In this document: positions 8,278 through 16,954 of the stretch, piece after piece
Layout: every line of letters starts with the position of its first letter
Position numbering within the stretch: the first letter of the stretch is position 1
Source: a virus
Virus record (IMG/VR): IMGVR_UViG_3300032323_001387
Location: 1-64,000 of that record
DNA: 64,000 nt
Direction: 5' to 3' (one strand)
The notes under the pieces: model-generated
Databases searched by the model: none
What the model saw: only the letters and a program-made list of their open reading frames with translations
Told to the model about the DNA's origin: nothing
Made by a program: the position numbers and the translations under genes

Positions 8278-8311
8278 TAAATATGTATAAACCGAAAGGC
8301 TTATACATATG
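8278..8311 (+). promoter_or_regulatory. RBS/start-sequestering hairpin overlapping a TAAATA late-like box
   Basis: ATATGTATAA (8281-8290) is the exact reverse complement of TTATACATAT (8301-8310). Inner CC-GAAA-GG. ATG 8309 lies in the stem. TAAATA at 8278-8283. Confidence 0.7.
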
Positions 8312-8653
8312 GATATTTTAGATCCTTCTTGTTTTAACAATACTACAGCACCTTTTATAAAAGCTGATGGCACATATCTTCCTTGTTGTTGGGCTAGTAC
8401 CAATCCCGAAATTCGGATCTTTTTAGGTCCGAATTTATATCAACAATTAAATTTAAATAGTTTTGGCCTAGAAGAAATTAAAAATTCAGATGCCACCAGA
8501 TTAATTATTGAGAAAATATCATCCAACGAACCTTTTACAATTTGTAAAAACACCTGTTCGAAGTCATTACCTGGAAAATCGAGACTAGATCATACAGACA
8601 CAACAGGTGGTGAGTTAGCTTACAATGGTTTAACTAATGAGGTATTACTATGA
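8309..8653 (+). CDS. Stand-alone twitch/SPASM-like Fe-S domain protein
   Basis: C..FIKADGTYLPCCW...ICKNTC; paralogue of 29404-29730. Confidence 0.75.
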   Translation: MDILDPSCFNNTTAPFIKADGTYLPCCWASTNPEIRIFLGPNLYQQLNLNSFGLEEIKNSDATRLIIEKISSNEPFTICKNTCSKSLPGKSRLDHTDTTGGELAYNGLTNEVLL

Positions 8654-9318
8654 CATCAGTGTCATACTTAAATGATCCCGATATGTTGGAAATAGAACTT
8701 ACTTCCAAATGCACATTGAGTTGCAGTGAGTGTACCAGAGTCACTGACCCGGACAAAGATAATTGGAACTTTGGAGAAATCAGTGTTGAGGCGATAGAAA
8801 GAATTATATCCGTTACCCCTGCAAAAAGAATTATTTTTTGCGGTGGATATGGTGATCCAATATATCATAGTAAGCTGTTTGATATCATAAAAATATGTCA
8901 CAAATATGATAAAGGTTTACATATAGAAACCTGCGCAAATCTAAGAAAAAAAGAGTGGTGGCAAGAATTAGCGCAGTTACTTAAACCAAATGATGTATTA
9001 AATTTCAGCGTAGACGGCTTGGAGCACAACAATCACTTATACAGAAAAAATGCCGATTGGCAAAGCATTTATACTGCCATGGACGTCATGGGGAAAGAGG
9101 CTAAATGTCTTTTGTTCTGGAAATGGATTGTTTTTAAATACAACGAAAACGATATAGTCGAAGGATACAAACTTTCTAAAAAACTAGGGATACATTATTT
9201 CAGATTGGTAGATAGTACTAGGATGCCACCGGGGTATGCGCCAACAAAAAAACTATCAGATCTGATATTAGAAATACAAGACTACAAAGACTCACAAAAA
9301 ATGTACACCGTTCATTAG
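8650..9318 (+). CDS. Radical SAM core protein
   Basis: CTLSCSEC, GGYGDP, FSVDG; paralogue of 29727-30362. Confidence 0.9.
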   Translation: MTSVSYLNDPDMLEIELTSKCTLSCSECTRVTDPDKDNWNFGEISVEAIERIISVTPAKRIIFCGGYGDPIYHSKLFDIIKICHKYDKGLHIETCANLRKKEWWQELAQLLKPNDVLNFSVDGLEHNNHLYRKNADWQSIYTAMDVMGKEAKCLLFWKWIVFKYNENDIVEGYKLSKKLGIHYFRLVDSTRMPPGYAPTKKLSDLILEIQDYKDSQKMYTVH

Positions 9319-9358
9319 AAAAACAATAAAGAAAATTTCATCAAGATGCTCAATGATC

Positions 9359-9387
9359 TTGACAAGGTATACTAAAACAACTATAAT
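9359..9387 (+). promoter_or_regulatory. Consensus sigma70 promoter, probably giving a leaderless thyX mRNA
   Basis: TTGACA-N17-TATAAT; ATG 6 nt downstream; no SD. Confidence 0.8.
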
Positions 9388-9393
9388 CATAAT

Positions 9394-10278
9394 ATGACAC
9401 TAAAAACTGATATTAATTTCAAACAAGATAAAAACTATGTTCCTGTATTGGATCATGGTTTTGTTGGTCTAGTAGACCATATGGGCAGTGATTCGGCTAT
9501 TGTTCAGGCTGCTCGTGTTAGCTACGGTGCTGGCACAAAACAAGTTCAAGATGACCGTAACTTAATCCGTTACCTAATGCGTCATGAGCATACAACGCCA
9601 TTTGAAATGTGCGAAGTAAAGTTCCACATCAAGCTGCCTATCTTCGTTATGCGACAATTGGTACGACATCGTACTGCTAGCATGAACGAATACAGTGCTC
9701 GTTATAGTGTGCTTACGGATGAGTTTTATATTCCCGAACTAGAACAAATCCAAAAGCAAAGCACATCTAACAAGCAAGGGCGTGAAGAAGCAGAGTGGGG
9801 CTTTGAAGAAAAGCGCGGTGTGCAACATGCCTTCCAACGTAGCTTCTTTAATGCTTATAAGGAATATACTAGTTTGCTAGGCAAAGATGATGATGGGCTT
9901 GCACGTGAGTTGGCTAGAAGTGTGCTTCCAGTAGGCGGATATACAGAATTGTATTGGAAAGCTAACTTGAAGAACTTTCTACACATGGCTCGACTGCGTA
10001 TGGATCCACACGCACAATGGGAGATCCGTGAGTTTGCCGGTGCTATGTATAACTTGGTTAAGCCGTTATTTCCAGAAGCCTGTCAGGCCTTTGAAGACTA
10101 TGCTGTTAATACAGTTAAGTTTAGTGCAGGAGAATTTGACTTATTAAAGAATTTAATAAGTTATGAGAAATGGATTACCTTAGTTGAGAAATACGGCAAA
10201 GACGAAAAAGCCTTGGGCCAGGACGCAGGGCTTGGCATTCGTGAACTTAAAGAGTTCAAAGCTAAGTTAGGTTTGTAA
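9394..10278 (+). CDS. thyX: Flavin-dependent thymidylate synthase
   Basis: AARVSY, HTTPFE, RHRTASMNEYSARY (RHRx7S), RELARSVLP, HAQWEIR. Confidence 0.96.
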   Translation: MTLKTDINFKQDKNYVPVLDHGFVGLVDHMGSDSAIVQAARVSYGAGTKQVQDDRNLIRYLMRHEHTTPFEMCEVKFHIKLPIFVMRQLVRHRTASMNEYSARYSVLTDEFYIPELEQIQKQSTSNKQGREEAEWGFEEKRGVQHAFQRSFFNAYKEYTSLLGKDDDGLARELARSVLPVGGYTELYWKANLKNFLHMARLRMDPHAQWEIREFAGAMYNLVKPLFPEACQAFEDYAVNTVKFSAGEFDLLKNLISYEKWITLVEKYGKDEKALGQDAGLGIRELKEFKAKLGL

Positions 10279-10821
10279 AGGATCGATGCTTATCTCATTT
10301 ACGTGCAGATAAGCAGGTTGTTCTGTTAACCATTTAATATAATTAGCAGCATCCTGGATTGTAATTGTTTTACGTCCAGGATGTTTTGCTTGCATATTAC
10401 TTAAAGTACCAAAGCTAATATAGCTCACTCTTGGTCCTTCATTCCAAACACCATTTAATCCCAGACTATTACAGTAGTCACGCAATGCTTTCTTTTCAGC
10501 ATTGTATAACCAATCTGTGGCTTTCATTACTCTATCAGTTGTGCTACCGATAGCAATGATATATGTCTTCTTCCCAACTGATTTTAATTTCTTATAAGTT
10601 GCCTCAAGCAATAAAGTTTGATTAAATTTCCATAGTGCGCTACATAAAATAATAACATCATAATCAACTGACATATCAGCAAATCGTTGTTGTTGCTCGG
10701 CTTTGGTCAAATCATAACCACAGCTTCTGCTTATAAATGTAACATCATGTTCTGCTAAAGATTCTTTTAATCCTTCGGCTAGACCATAATTACTGTTGCC
10801 CGCTATTAATATCTTCTTCAT
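10267..10821 (-). CDS. Short-chain dehydrogenase/reductase
   Basis: Rossmann start MKKILIAGNSNYGLA (GGAG RBS, start moved to 10821), IGST, YxxxK (YNAEK). Confidence 0.8.
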   Translation of the reverse strand: MKKILIAGNSNYGLAEGLKESLAEHDVTFISRSCGYDLTKAEQQQRFADMSVDYDVIILCSALWKFNQTLLLEATYKKLKSVGKKTYIIAIGSTTDRVMKATDWLYNAEKKALRDYCNSLGLNGVWNEGPRVSYISFGTLSNMQAKHPGRKTITIQDAANYIKWLTEQPAYLHVNEISIDPLQT

Positions 10822-11986
10822 ATGTTTTATCTCCTGGAAATAATGGCAACTTAGTACCTGGTGCTCGTTTAGGTATTTTGCTATCTGCACTGCTTACGCA
10901 ACTTGTTCCGCCACAAGGCATTGGCTTGTCATATAGCTTAAAGCCTGTTTCAATATGTCCCAATGGAACTTCGCTACAACTGTAACTGCGTTTTACAGTG
11001 CCATCTGGTTCACGAATAATAATACTACGGTAGCCACTGCTACACTCCCATTTGTTAAAGTTGTTGAAGTTAAAAGCATTGAAACGTTCAGCTTGATCCA
11101 TAAACCATGGATTACCATCTTTGTCCATAAATTCAATTTGGAAGTGCTGTGGTATACCTTGACCGTAAGTTTGCTTTTGCATTGTTCTAGCATCGTCGAT
11201 TTTAAACGTGGGCTTAGGTCTTTCAACTAATCCTGCTTTGCTGGCTTTTACTTCAGTGAATGCACGTTGTGGCATACCATTGTGTAACTTTTCCAACATA
11301 TCATCAGTGTATCCGTCCACTACACGACTAGCAGTTGGATCACTTTGAGGCTTGAGTGTAACGTTAATACCACGACCATGAAAGTATAATGCCAGATCAT
11401 ATATCTTGTAAAACTGTTCGGGTACCATAACTTGATTGACTGTTATCTGCGTATCATATTCCTGACATAGTACTAACTTGTCAGCAAACTCCTCTACTTT
11501 CTTATCAGTGTCAACGTGTTCCAAATGGCAACTGGCAGTAATACTAGCACGATGGAAATTACGAACTGCGGGTACATACTTTTCTTCAAACCATTTAATA
11601 GGACGACTCATATTACTAGTCATGTGTACGCTGGTATAATTTGTATTACCGGCATCCGTGTTCAAATGGTTAAGAATATCTATGTAAGCAGGATGGAATG
11701 TTGGCTCGCCGCCACTTAGACTGAAGTGGAAACTGTTAAAGCCACGTTCGCGTGCTTGGCGTTTAATCTCATCTACTGTTTTCAACATCAAAGGAGTAGG
11801 GCGGTGATCTTTAGTATCACTACGAGCATAGGGCCAGCAATAGCTACAGCGATAGTTACAGTAACGACCTAATAACCACGACACTGTAAACATGTCTCGA
11901 TATAACATAGTTCGTTGGCCGACTCTTACTAGGTCCTTATAAGGAATCTTAGTAAAGTCATATTCGCTTGTTTTTAAATCACTCAT
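10790..11986 (-). CDS. Radical SAM protein, C-terminal twitch domain
   Basis: CNYRCSYC, SGGEP; C-terminal WECSSG...C...C..C..SAD. Confidence 0.9.
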   Translation of the reverse strand: MSDLKTSEYDFTKIPYKDLVRVGQRTMLYRDMFTVSWLLGRYCNYRCSYCWPYARSDTKDHRPTPLMLKTVDEIKRQARERGFNSFHFSLSGGEPTFHPAYIDILNHLNTDAGNTNYTSVHMTSNMSRPIKWFEEKYVPAVRNFHRASITASCHLEHVDTDKKVEEFADKLVLCQEYDTQITVNQVMVPEQFYKIYDLALYFHGRGINVTLKPQSDPTASRVVDGYTDDMLEKLHNGMPQRAFTEVKASKAGLVERPKPTFKIDDARTMQKQTYGQGIPQHFQIEFMDKDGNPWFMDQAERFNAFNFNNFNKWECSSGYRSIIIREPDGTVKRSYSCSEVPLGHIETGFKLYDKPMPCGGTSCVSSADSKIPKRAPGTKLPLFPGDKTYEEDINSGQQ

Positions 11987-12702
11987 ATAAAATATTTCTT
12001 ATTTTCTTCAATACTTGGTATCACAAAATCTTTTTCATTTAATCCAAATGTTCCACCATTTATCCAATCTAAAATTTTTTCACCTAAAATTTTATTATTT
12101 TCACTGGTTATATGATTATTTCTAATATCAGTAGTATCGCCGGTTAATGTTATACTTAGATCTTTGCCCATAGCTATTGTTTCTTGATAAGCTATTTCAG
12201 ACAAGCTTGTTTGTAAATTTAAAATATTGCAGGCCGATTCAAAACATGGTATAGCTAGTATTTTATTTTTATTGGCTTGTATTACATCCTGTATCATTAG
12301 TCTAGCAATATAAGAATTTTTATCTATATCACAAATGTAATTAAAGTATGACATTGCCGAGGTTAAAGCATCTATAGCAAACTTAGAATTTACATTATTT
12401 GATTTGCTATAATATTCCAAATAAGTTGCCGCATGTTCTGTAGTAGTTATAAACCTATGTATTTTATCATCAAATATGTCGTCTAACATGATTTGAATTC
12501 GATTTTCGTTAGTAACAAACCAAATAATTTTATCAAATTCAAATTGATGTTTTCCTAGCTGTTTAATAGAATAGTATAGATCAGAGCCACCCACTGAAAA
12601 GTTAGTTACACTATGGTATTGCGAAACATATTCCCACCATGACATTGATGGATTTTTCTTATGTTCTTCACCAAAACTGTCTCCAAAAATTCCAATTTTC
12701 AT
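11983..12702 (-). CDS. SGNH/GDSL-like hydrolase or acyltransferase
   Basis: IFGDSF, NFSVGGS, C-terminal NH. Confidence 0.6.
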   Translation of the reverse strand: MKIGIFGDSFGEEHKKNPSMSWWEYVSQYHSVTNFSVGGSDLYYSIKQLGKHQFEFDKIIWFVTNENRIQIMLDDIFDDKIHRFITTTEHAATYLEYYSKSNNVNSKFAIDALTSAMSYFNYICDIDKNSYIARLMIQDVIQANKNKILAIPCFESACNILNLQTSLSEIAYQETIAMGKDLSITLTGDTTDIRNNHITSENNKILGEKILDWINGGTFGLNEKDFVIPSIEENKKYFI

Positions 12703-12929
12703 TTGTCTTGCTCATATACAAACTGAACATCTTTACCAGGGCCCACTTCGCTGGGTAGGCCACCATATTGTTTAACATACCATTCTATAGCAGCCACATA
12801 CCACCCTTGACTATTGTGTCTACTTTCTTTATTAAAAATATAGATGTTATCGTTTGTAGCTGGCATAGTACTAATAACTCTGGCCGCTTCTAATTGTAAT
12901 CTACGTAATGGAAGTTCTTGTATATTCAT
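12699..12929 (-). CDS. Small hypothetical protein in rSAM cluster
   Basis: 76 aa; overlaps both neighbours (translational coupling). Confidence 0.75.
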   Translation of the reverse strand: MNIQELPLRRLQLEAARVISTMPATNDNIYIFNKESRHNSQGWYVAAIEWYVKQYGGLPSEVGPGKDVQFVYEQDK

Positions 12930-13885
12930 TATACGTATTTACTTTTTGTTGCCATTAGATCTGGCATACACCAGCAGGTATTATAAGGGCAGATTACTCC
13001 CGACACTGGTAAATTCATTATGTTTGATTCTTTCCAATTTCCAAAATTTTCATCAGTTCCAATCATACAGCCACTGCCACGTCTTATTGTACCATTGGCA
13101 TCCAATGTTATTTTATCAACACCTATGCCACAACTCCAATCTTTAAACTTGTTTTGCCCATCAACTAAAATCTGTCCCGTTACTTCTTGCAAACGTTGAT
13201 TGTTTATATAAGTGAAACTTGGCTTGTATATGCTCTTTTTAGATTTAGATACTTTTCTATTTTCTTGTATAAAATCCATTTGCTCTTGTGTATAAACTAC
13301 TTTACTGTCAGCAATAGTTTCATATCTATTATCAACTAGCTTTAATTCAAGGCTAGTGAATTCTCTGACATTTTCTATTATATATTTCCTGGCTGCGATT
13401 ACCTGTTCCCAACATGCAGGCCATGCCAACACTAAAATAGTCTTGTATTCATTATCCAGGGCATTGATACTTTCCACAAACTTCTCTACACTTTTTACCT
13501 GTGTGGGATGATAGCTAAACACTGCTGATGTTATCTTACTGCCGATTCTTCTCCAGTAATCCTCTGGCATAATACCGTTGGTGATGAACTTAATATGACT
13601 GTCTGGGCTATTTTTCTTAATAATATCAATTGCGTCTGGAAGTTTTTTCCATATGGCTAACTCACCACCTAGTAATGTATATTCCAGCCTTCTATTTTTT
13701 CCGTAGTGAGCTTGAAGAACCTTAGTTGTATAATCTACACTCTCCAGAGTGGGCCAACCAAAACTACCATCGTGCGTTATACTTGGGCAGTATTCGCAGG
13801 CATAGTTGCAAACATTGGTCATAGTCCAGTCTATAATAACCCAGTCTGGATCAGAATTTATGCGATCAAAGGTCAAAGTTTTCAT
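12929..13885 (-). CDS. Radical SAM protein, C-terminal twitch domain
   Basis: CNYACEYC, GGEL; FKDWSCGIG...C...CPYNTCWC. Start may be 13885 or 13906. Confidence 0.88.
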   Translation of the reverse strand: MKTLTFDRINSDPDWVIIDWTMTNVCNYACEYCPSITHDGSFGWPTLESVDYTTKVLQAHYGKNRRLEYTLLGGELAIWKKLPDAIDIIKKNSPDSHIKFITNGIMPEDYWRRIGSKITSAVFSYHPTQVKSVEKFVESINALDNEYKTILVLAWPACWEQVIAARKYIIENVREFTSLELKLVDNRYETIADSKVVYTQEQMDFIQENRKVSKSKKSIYKPSFTYINNQRLQEVTGQILVDGQNKFKDWSCGIGVDKITLDANGTIRRGSGCMIGTDENFGNWKESNIMNLPVSGVICPYNTCWCMPDLMATKSKYV

Positions 13886-15062
13886 ATAGTTCAGGACATA
13901 CCTCACTGAGGTTTTGGTTGCGTTTTTTATCTAGCACAGATGTAAATTTTTTAAAGTCTTGCCAGTGACTCTGTGGCTTGGTCATCATTAAATTTTTTCT
14001 CATGTTATCAAGGAAAAATTTGTTAGCAGTATTATACTTATTTTCCACATAGTCTAACTGCTCTAGTGCTGCCTGCTTGATACTCTCTGGGGCAATAGCA
14101 ACATGTAGATATTCTGGATGAGTAAGCAGTCTATACTCTATCCATTCTGCAGGACGATTAATCAAAGGCTCTGCCCATTCATAAAAGTCTCGGACATTCA
14201 GCATATTGTATAGTTGATAACTTGAGTTTGGGCTGAATAAAAAGTTTTTATACTCGTTGCGGTATTGACACAGCATATCAATCTTACCTGTGATAGTTTC
14301 CCATGAGCATTGTTCCACGCTACGCATATATTCAAACAGCTTACCTGTGCCATCTATGCTTATATTGATGTTTACAGATTTTGCATTACGCAACCGCAAC
14401 AGATGCTGTTCTGTTAGTAGACTGCCATTTGTTGTTATGCTTAGTCGCACATTTTGCAGTATGCCTGCTTCTGATAGAAGATCAAACACATCTAATAGAT
14501 CATTGTTTATAAACGGTTCACCGCCTGTGACCGTTATCATTCTGAGTTCACCGAGTCTGGGCAATAGTTTTGTGACAAATGACATTAGGTCATTTTTATT
14601 TTTAGTGTAATCAACATAGTCGCTTCTATCAAAGCCATTATCTCTGAGCAGCTGGTCGTCGTTTATCCAACTGTTACTGTACATGCTGTTGCACATCCTG
14701 CATTTAAAATTGCATAGATTGCTAGTGTTTAAGAACAAGTGATAAATTTTATTGCCTGTTATACTCTGTTTAAAATCCTTGGTATCCCAGAGGTCAGCGT
14801 TCCACCATCTCTCATTGGTTTTCCAATTGATGCGTTGACTTACAAGACCCTGTGCTTCTCTGCCATGACAAGTATTGCAACCAGGTAAATTCCATTTATC
14901 GTTTACCATGTCAGAACGTAACTGTGCGAAGTTGCTATTGTCCCAAACATTTTCCTCAGTCATTGAGCCCATAGGTGCAGAACTCATCATACACCTACTT
15001 ACAAAGCCTGCGGGATGAGTTGCTATACTAACGAACGGAATCAAACAAACTTTATCTGCCAT
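13866..15062 (-). CDS. N-terminal-twitch radical SAM protein
   Basis: CLIPF..RC..CNTC, then CNFKCRMC, GGEP, SIDG. Confidence 0.9.
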   Translation of the reverse strand: MADKVCLIPFVSIATHPAGFVSRCMMSSAPMGSMTEENVWDNSNFAQLRSDMVNDKWNLPGCNTCHGREAQGLVSQRINWKTNERWWNADLWDTKDFKQSITGNKIYHLFLNTSNLCNFKCRMCNSMYSNSWINDDQLLRDNGFDRSDYVDYTKNKNDLMSFVTKLLPRLGELRMITVTGGEPFINNDLLDVFDLLSEAGILQNVRLSITTNGSLLTEQHLLRLRNAKSVNINISIDGTGKLFEYMRSVEQCSWETITGKIDMLCQYRNEYKNFLFSPNSSYQLYNMLNVRDFYEWAEPLINRPAEWIEYRLLTHPEYLHVAIAPESIKQAALEQLDYVENKYNTANKFFLDNMRKNLMMTKPQSHWQDFKKFTSVLDKKRNQNLSEVCPELYENFDL

Positions 15063-16224
15063 TGGTTAATTCAGGTACTAATTCTGATAAGTTTTCTTCG
15101 CGACTCTGGTCCAATGAATCTGTATACTTTACAAAATCTCCCCACATATGATTCCAATCCTCTGCGTTCATATAATCAATTAGAGACTGGGCACGTTTTA
15201 TATGCAGATATGGTTGGAGTCTTTCTGCCGCTAACTTTTTTAAATTAGCCGGTAATACCCTAACGTTTAGATAATCCGGATGATCCAAAATGTTAAGATG
15301 TATGTCTTTTACATCCATGGACTCTAAATAGTCAAATAACTTATCTAGCTGCAAGATATTATACATTTGGACAGTACAGTGTACCTGCAGATCTATTTTA
15401 CCCTGTGCGCTCATTTCCACAAATTTAGCTAGATTCTTTTCAACAAGATTCCAGCCTGTGGGATATCTGATATACCTGTTAAGGTCGCCATATGCATCCA
15501 CACTGGCATTTATTTTTATCTTTTTAAAGTGCTGCCAATAGTCCACTAGCTTTTTAGGAAGGTTTGTGCAGTTTGTATTATACTTTAAGGTGATGTTTTT
15601 AGCAAGATCTAATTCGATCAACTTATCAAATAACTTATACTGACTGAGAGCAAGTGTAGGTTCTCCGCCTGTTAGATAAATCTCATCTATAGTGTTAGCG
15701 AGCTTCAACAAATTAACCGCAACTGCATCGTCGTTGGGCCAGTTCATACTACTCAGTCTTTTAACTTCAGTATCAGTTAGCTGCTGTTCAACTAGATGCC
15801 ACTCGTCAACCCATTGGTTACTGGCATATGGATTGCACATACGGCATTTCAAGTTGCACAGGTTACCTAAACGTATATCTATATACTGCACGTTTAATTC
15901 GGGTGTTACCACAGCCTCATAGTCAAACATGTATTTTTCGTTCCAAGCTTGGCGAGCACTGCGAACACCGCTATCCTCTTCTCTAAAGCAGCGTTCACAC
16001 ATCGCGGGTCGTTGATCATTTAACAATTCATGCCTGATGTTCTTCATAGTGTTGCTATGCCAGAAATCCTGCATGTCAGCATCTGTTATCTTATATGGTC
16101 GATTAGTGCCGTTTCTCAAAATAAAATTTTTGCCCGGAGTACTATTACAGCAGACCCTAAGATTACCACTGGCATTAGTGGCAAGGTGCATCCATGGCAG
16201 GATACAAAATGTTTTACTTTGCAT
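15052..16224 (-). CDS. N-terminal-twitch radical SAM protein
   Basis: CILPW..VCC..CERC, CNLKCRMC, GGEP. Confidence 0.92.
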   Translation of the reverse strand: MQSKTFCILPWMHLATNASGNLRVCCNSTPGKNFILRNGTNRPYKITDADMQDFWHSNTMKNIRHELLNDQRPAMCERCFREEDSGVRSARQAWNEKYMFDYEAVVTPELNVQYIDIRLGNLCNLKCRMCNPYASNQWVDEWHLVEQQLTDTEVKRLSSMNWPNDDAVAVNLLKLANTIDEIYLTGGEPTLALSQYKLFDKLIELDLAKNITLKYNTNCTNLPKKLVDYWQHFKKIKINASVDAYGDLNRYIRYPTGWNLVEKNLAKFVEMSAQGKIDLQVHCTVQMYNILQLDKLFDYLESMDVKDIHLNILDHPDYLNVRVLPANLKKLAAERLQPYLHIKRAQSLIDYMNAEDWNHMWGDFVKYTDSLDQSREENLSELVPELTNGR

Positions 16225-16954
16225 TTAATTCTTCTAATAAAAGATCGTAACTTCTACACATGGTCTCTGCATGTTTTTCTCCAGGAGCACCATGTATAAT
16301 CATATGTATACGTGGTTCTGTTCCCAGATGTCTTACACTGTGCTGCCTTCCTATATCAATGGCTCTTGCATCTCCTGCCTTCCAGGGAATCAATCCAGCA
16401 TCTTCCATGACAAATTCAACGCCATCGGGATTGTTAATAGCAACATTATATGCTGCCATTTTACGAACTTCATAATCGGCATGCTGCTTAATATAGCCAC
16501 CGGGCATTAATAGCATAAATCGAACTCTGTCAAAGCGTGTAAAGTTCCAAGTATTTTTTAACCAATTTACAGTAACAGGACAAACATCTGCAATTTCTGT
16601 CCAGGTATATTCTGGTTGTTCTGTGAAGTCATATGCTTTGCTACGCCAATCGTCTGTGGTGTGTTTATTATAGCCATGTAGTACTAGACTATGCCAGCCG
16701 GGATGTTCCTCGCCTCGGTGTTTGACAAACTCATCCATCAAAGCAAGAGCTTCTGCTTCCATTTCTTTCTGTGGCAATGGTAAATCTAATTTAAGACTTG
16801 GACAGTTGCTTTCTTTTTCTATCCAGTTAAAGTAATCTTTCATGACTTGCTTATCTGTTCTCCATGCAGAAAACTTCTCGGGACGAGTATTTAATGAACT
16901 ATAATGAGAAAAATCTTTCCACTGATCAAAAAAATTGTTTACTCGGTTATCCAT
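16214..16954 (-). CDS. Aspartyl/asparaginyl beta-hydroxylase-like 2OG-Fe(II) oxygenase
   Basis: RVRFMLLMPGGYIKQHAD (HxD)...HSV...PRIHMIIHG. Confidence 0.8.
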   Translation of the reverse strand: MDNRVNNFFDQWKDFSHYSSLNTRPEKFSAWRTDKQVMKDYFNWIEKESNCPSLKLDLPLPQKEMEAEALALMDEFVKHRGEEHPGWHSLVLHGYNKHTTDDWRSKAYDFTEQPEYTWTEIADVCPVTVNWLKNTWNFTRFDRVRFMLLMPGGYIKQHADYEVRKMAAYNVAINNPDGVEFVMEDAGLIPWKAGDARAIDIGRQHSVRHLGTEPRIHMIIHGAPGEKHAETMCRSYDLLLEELNAK

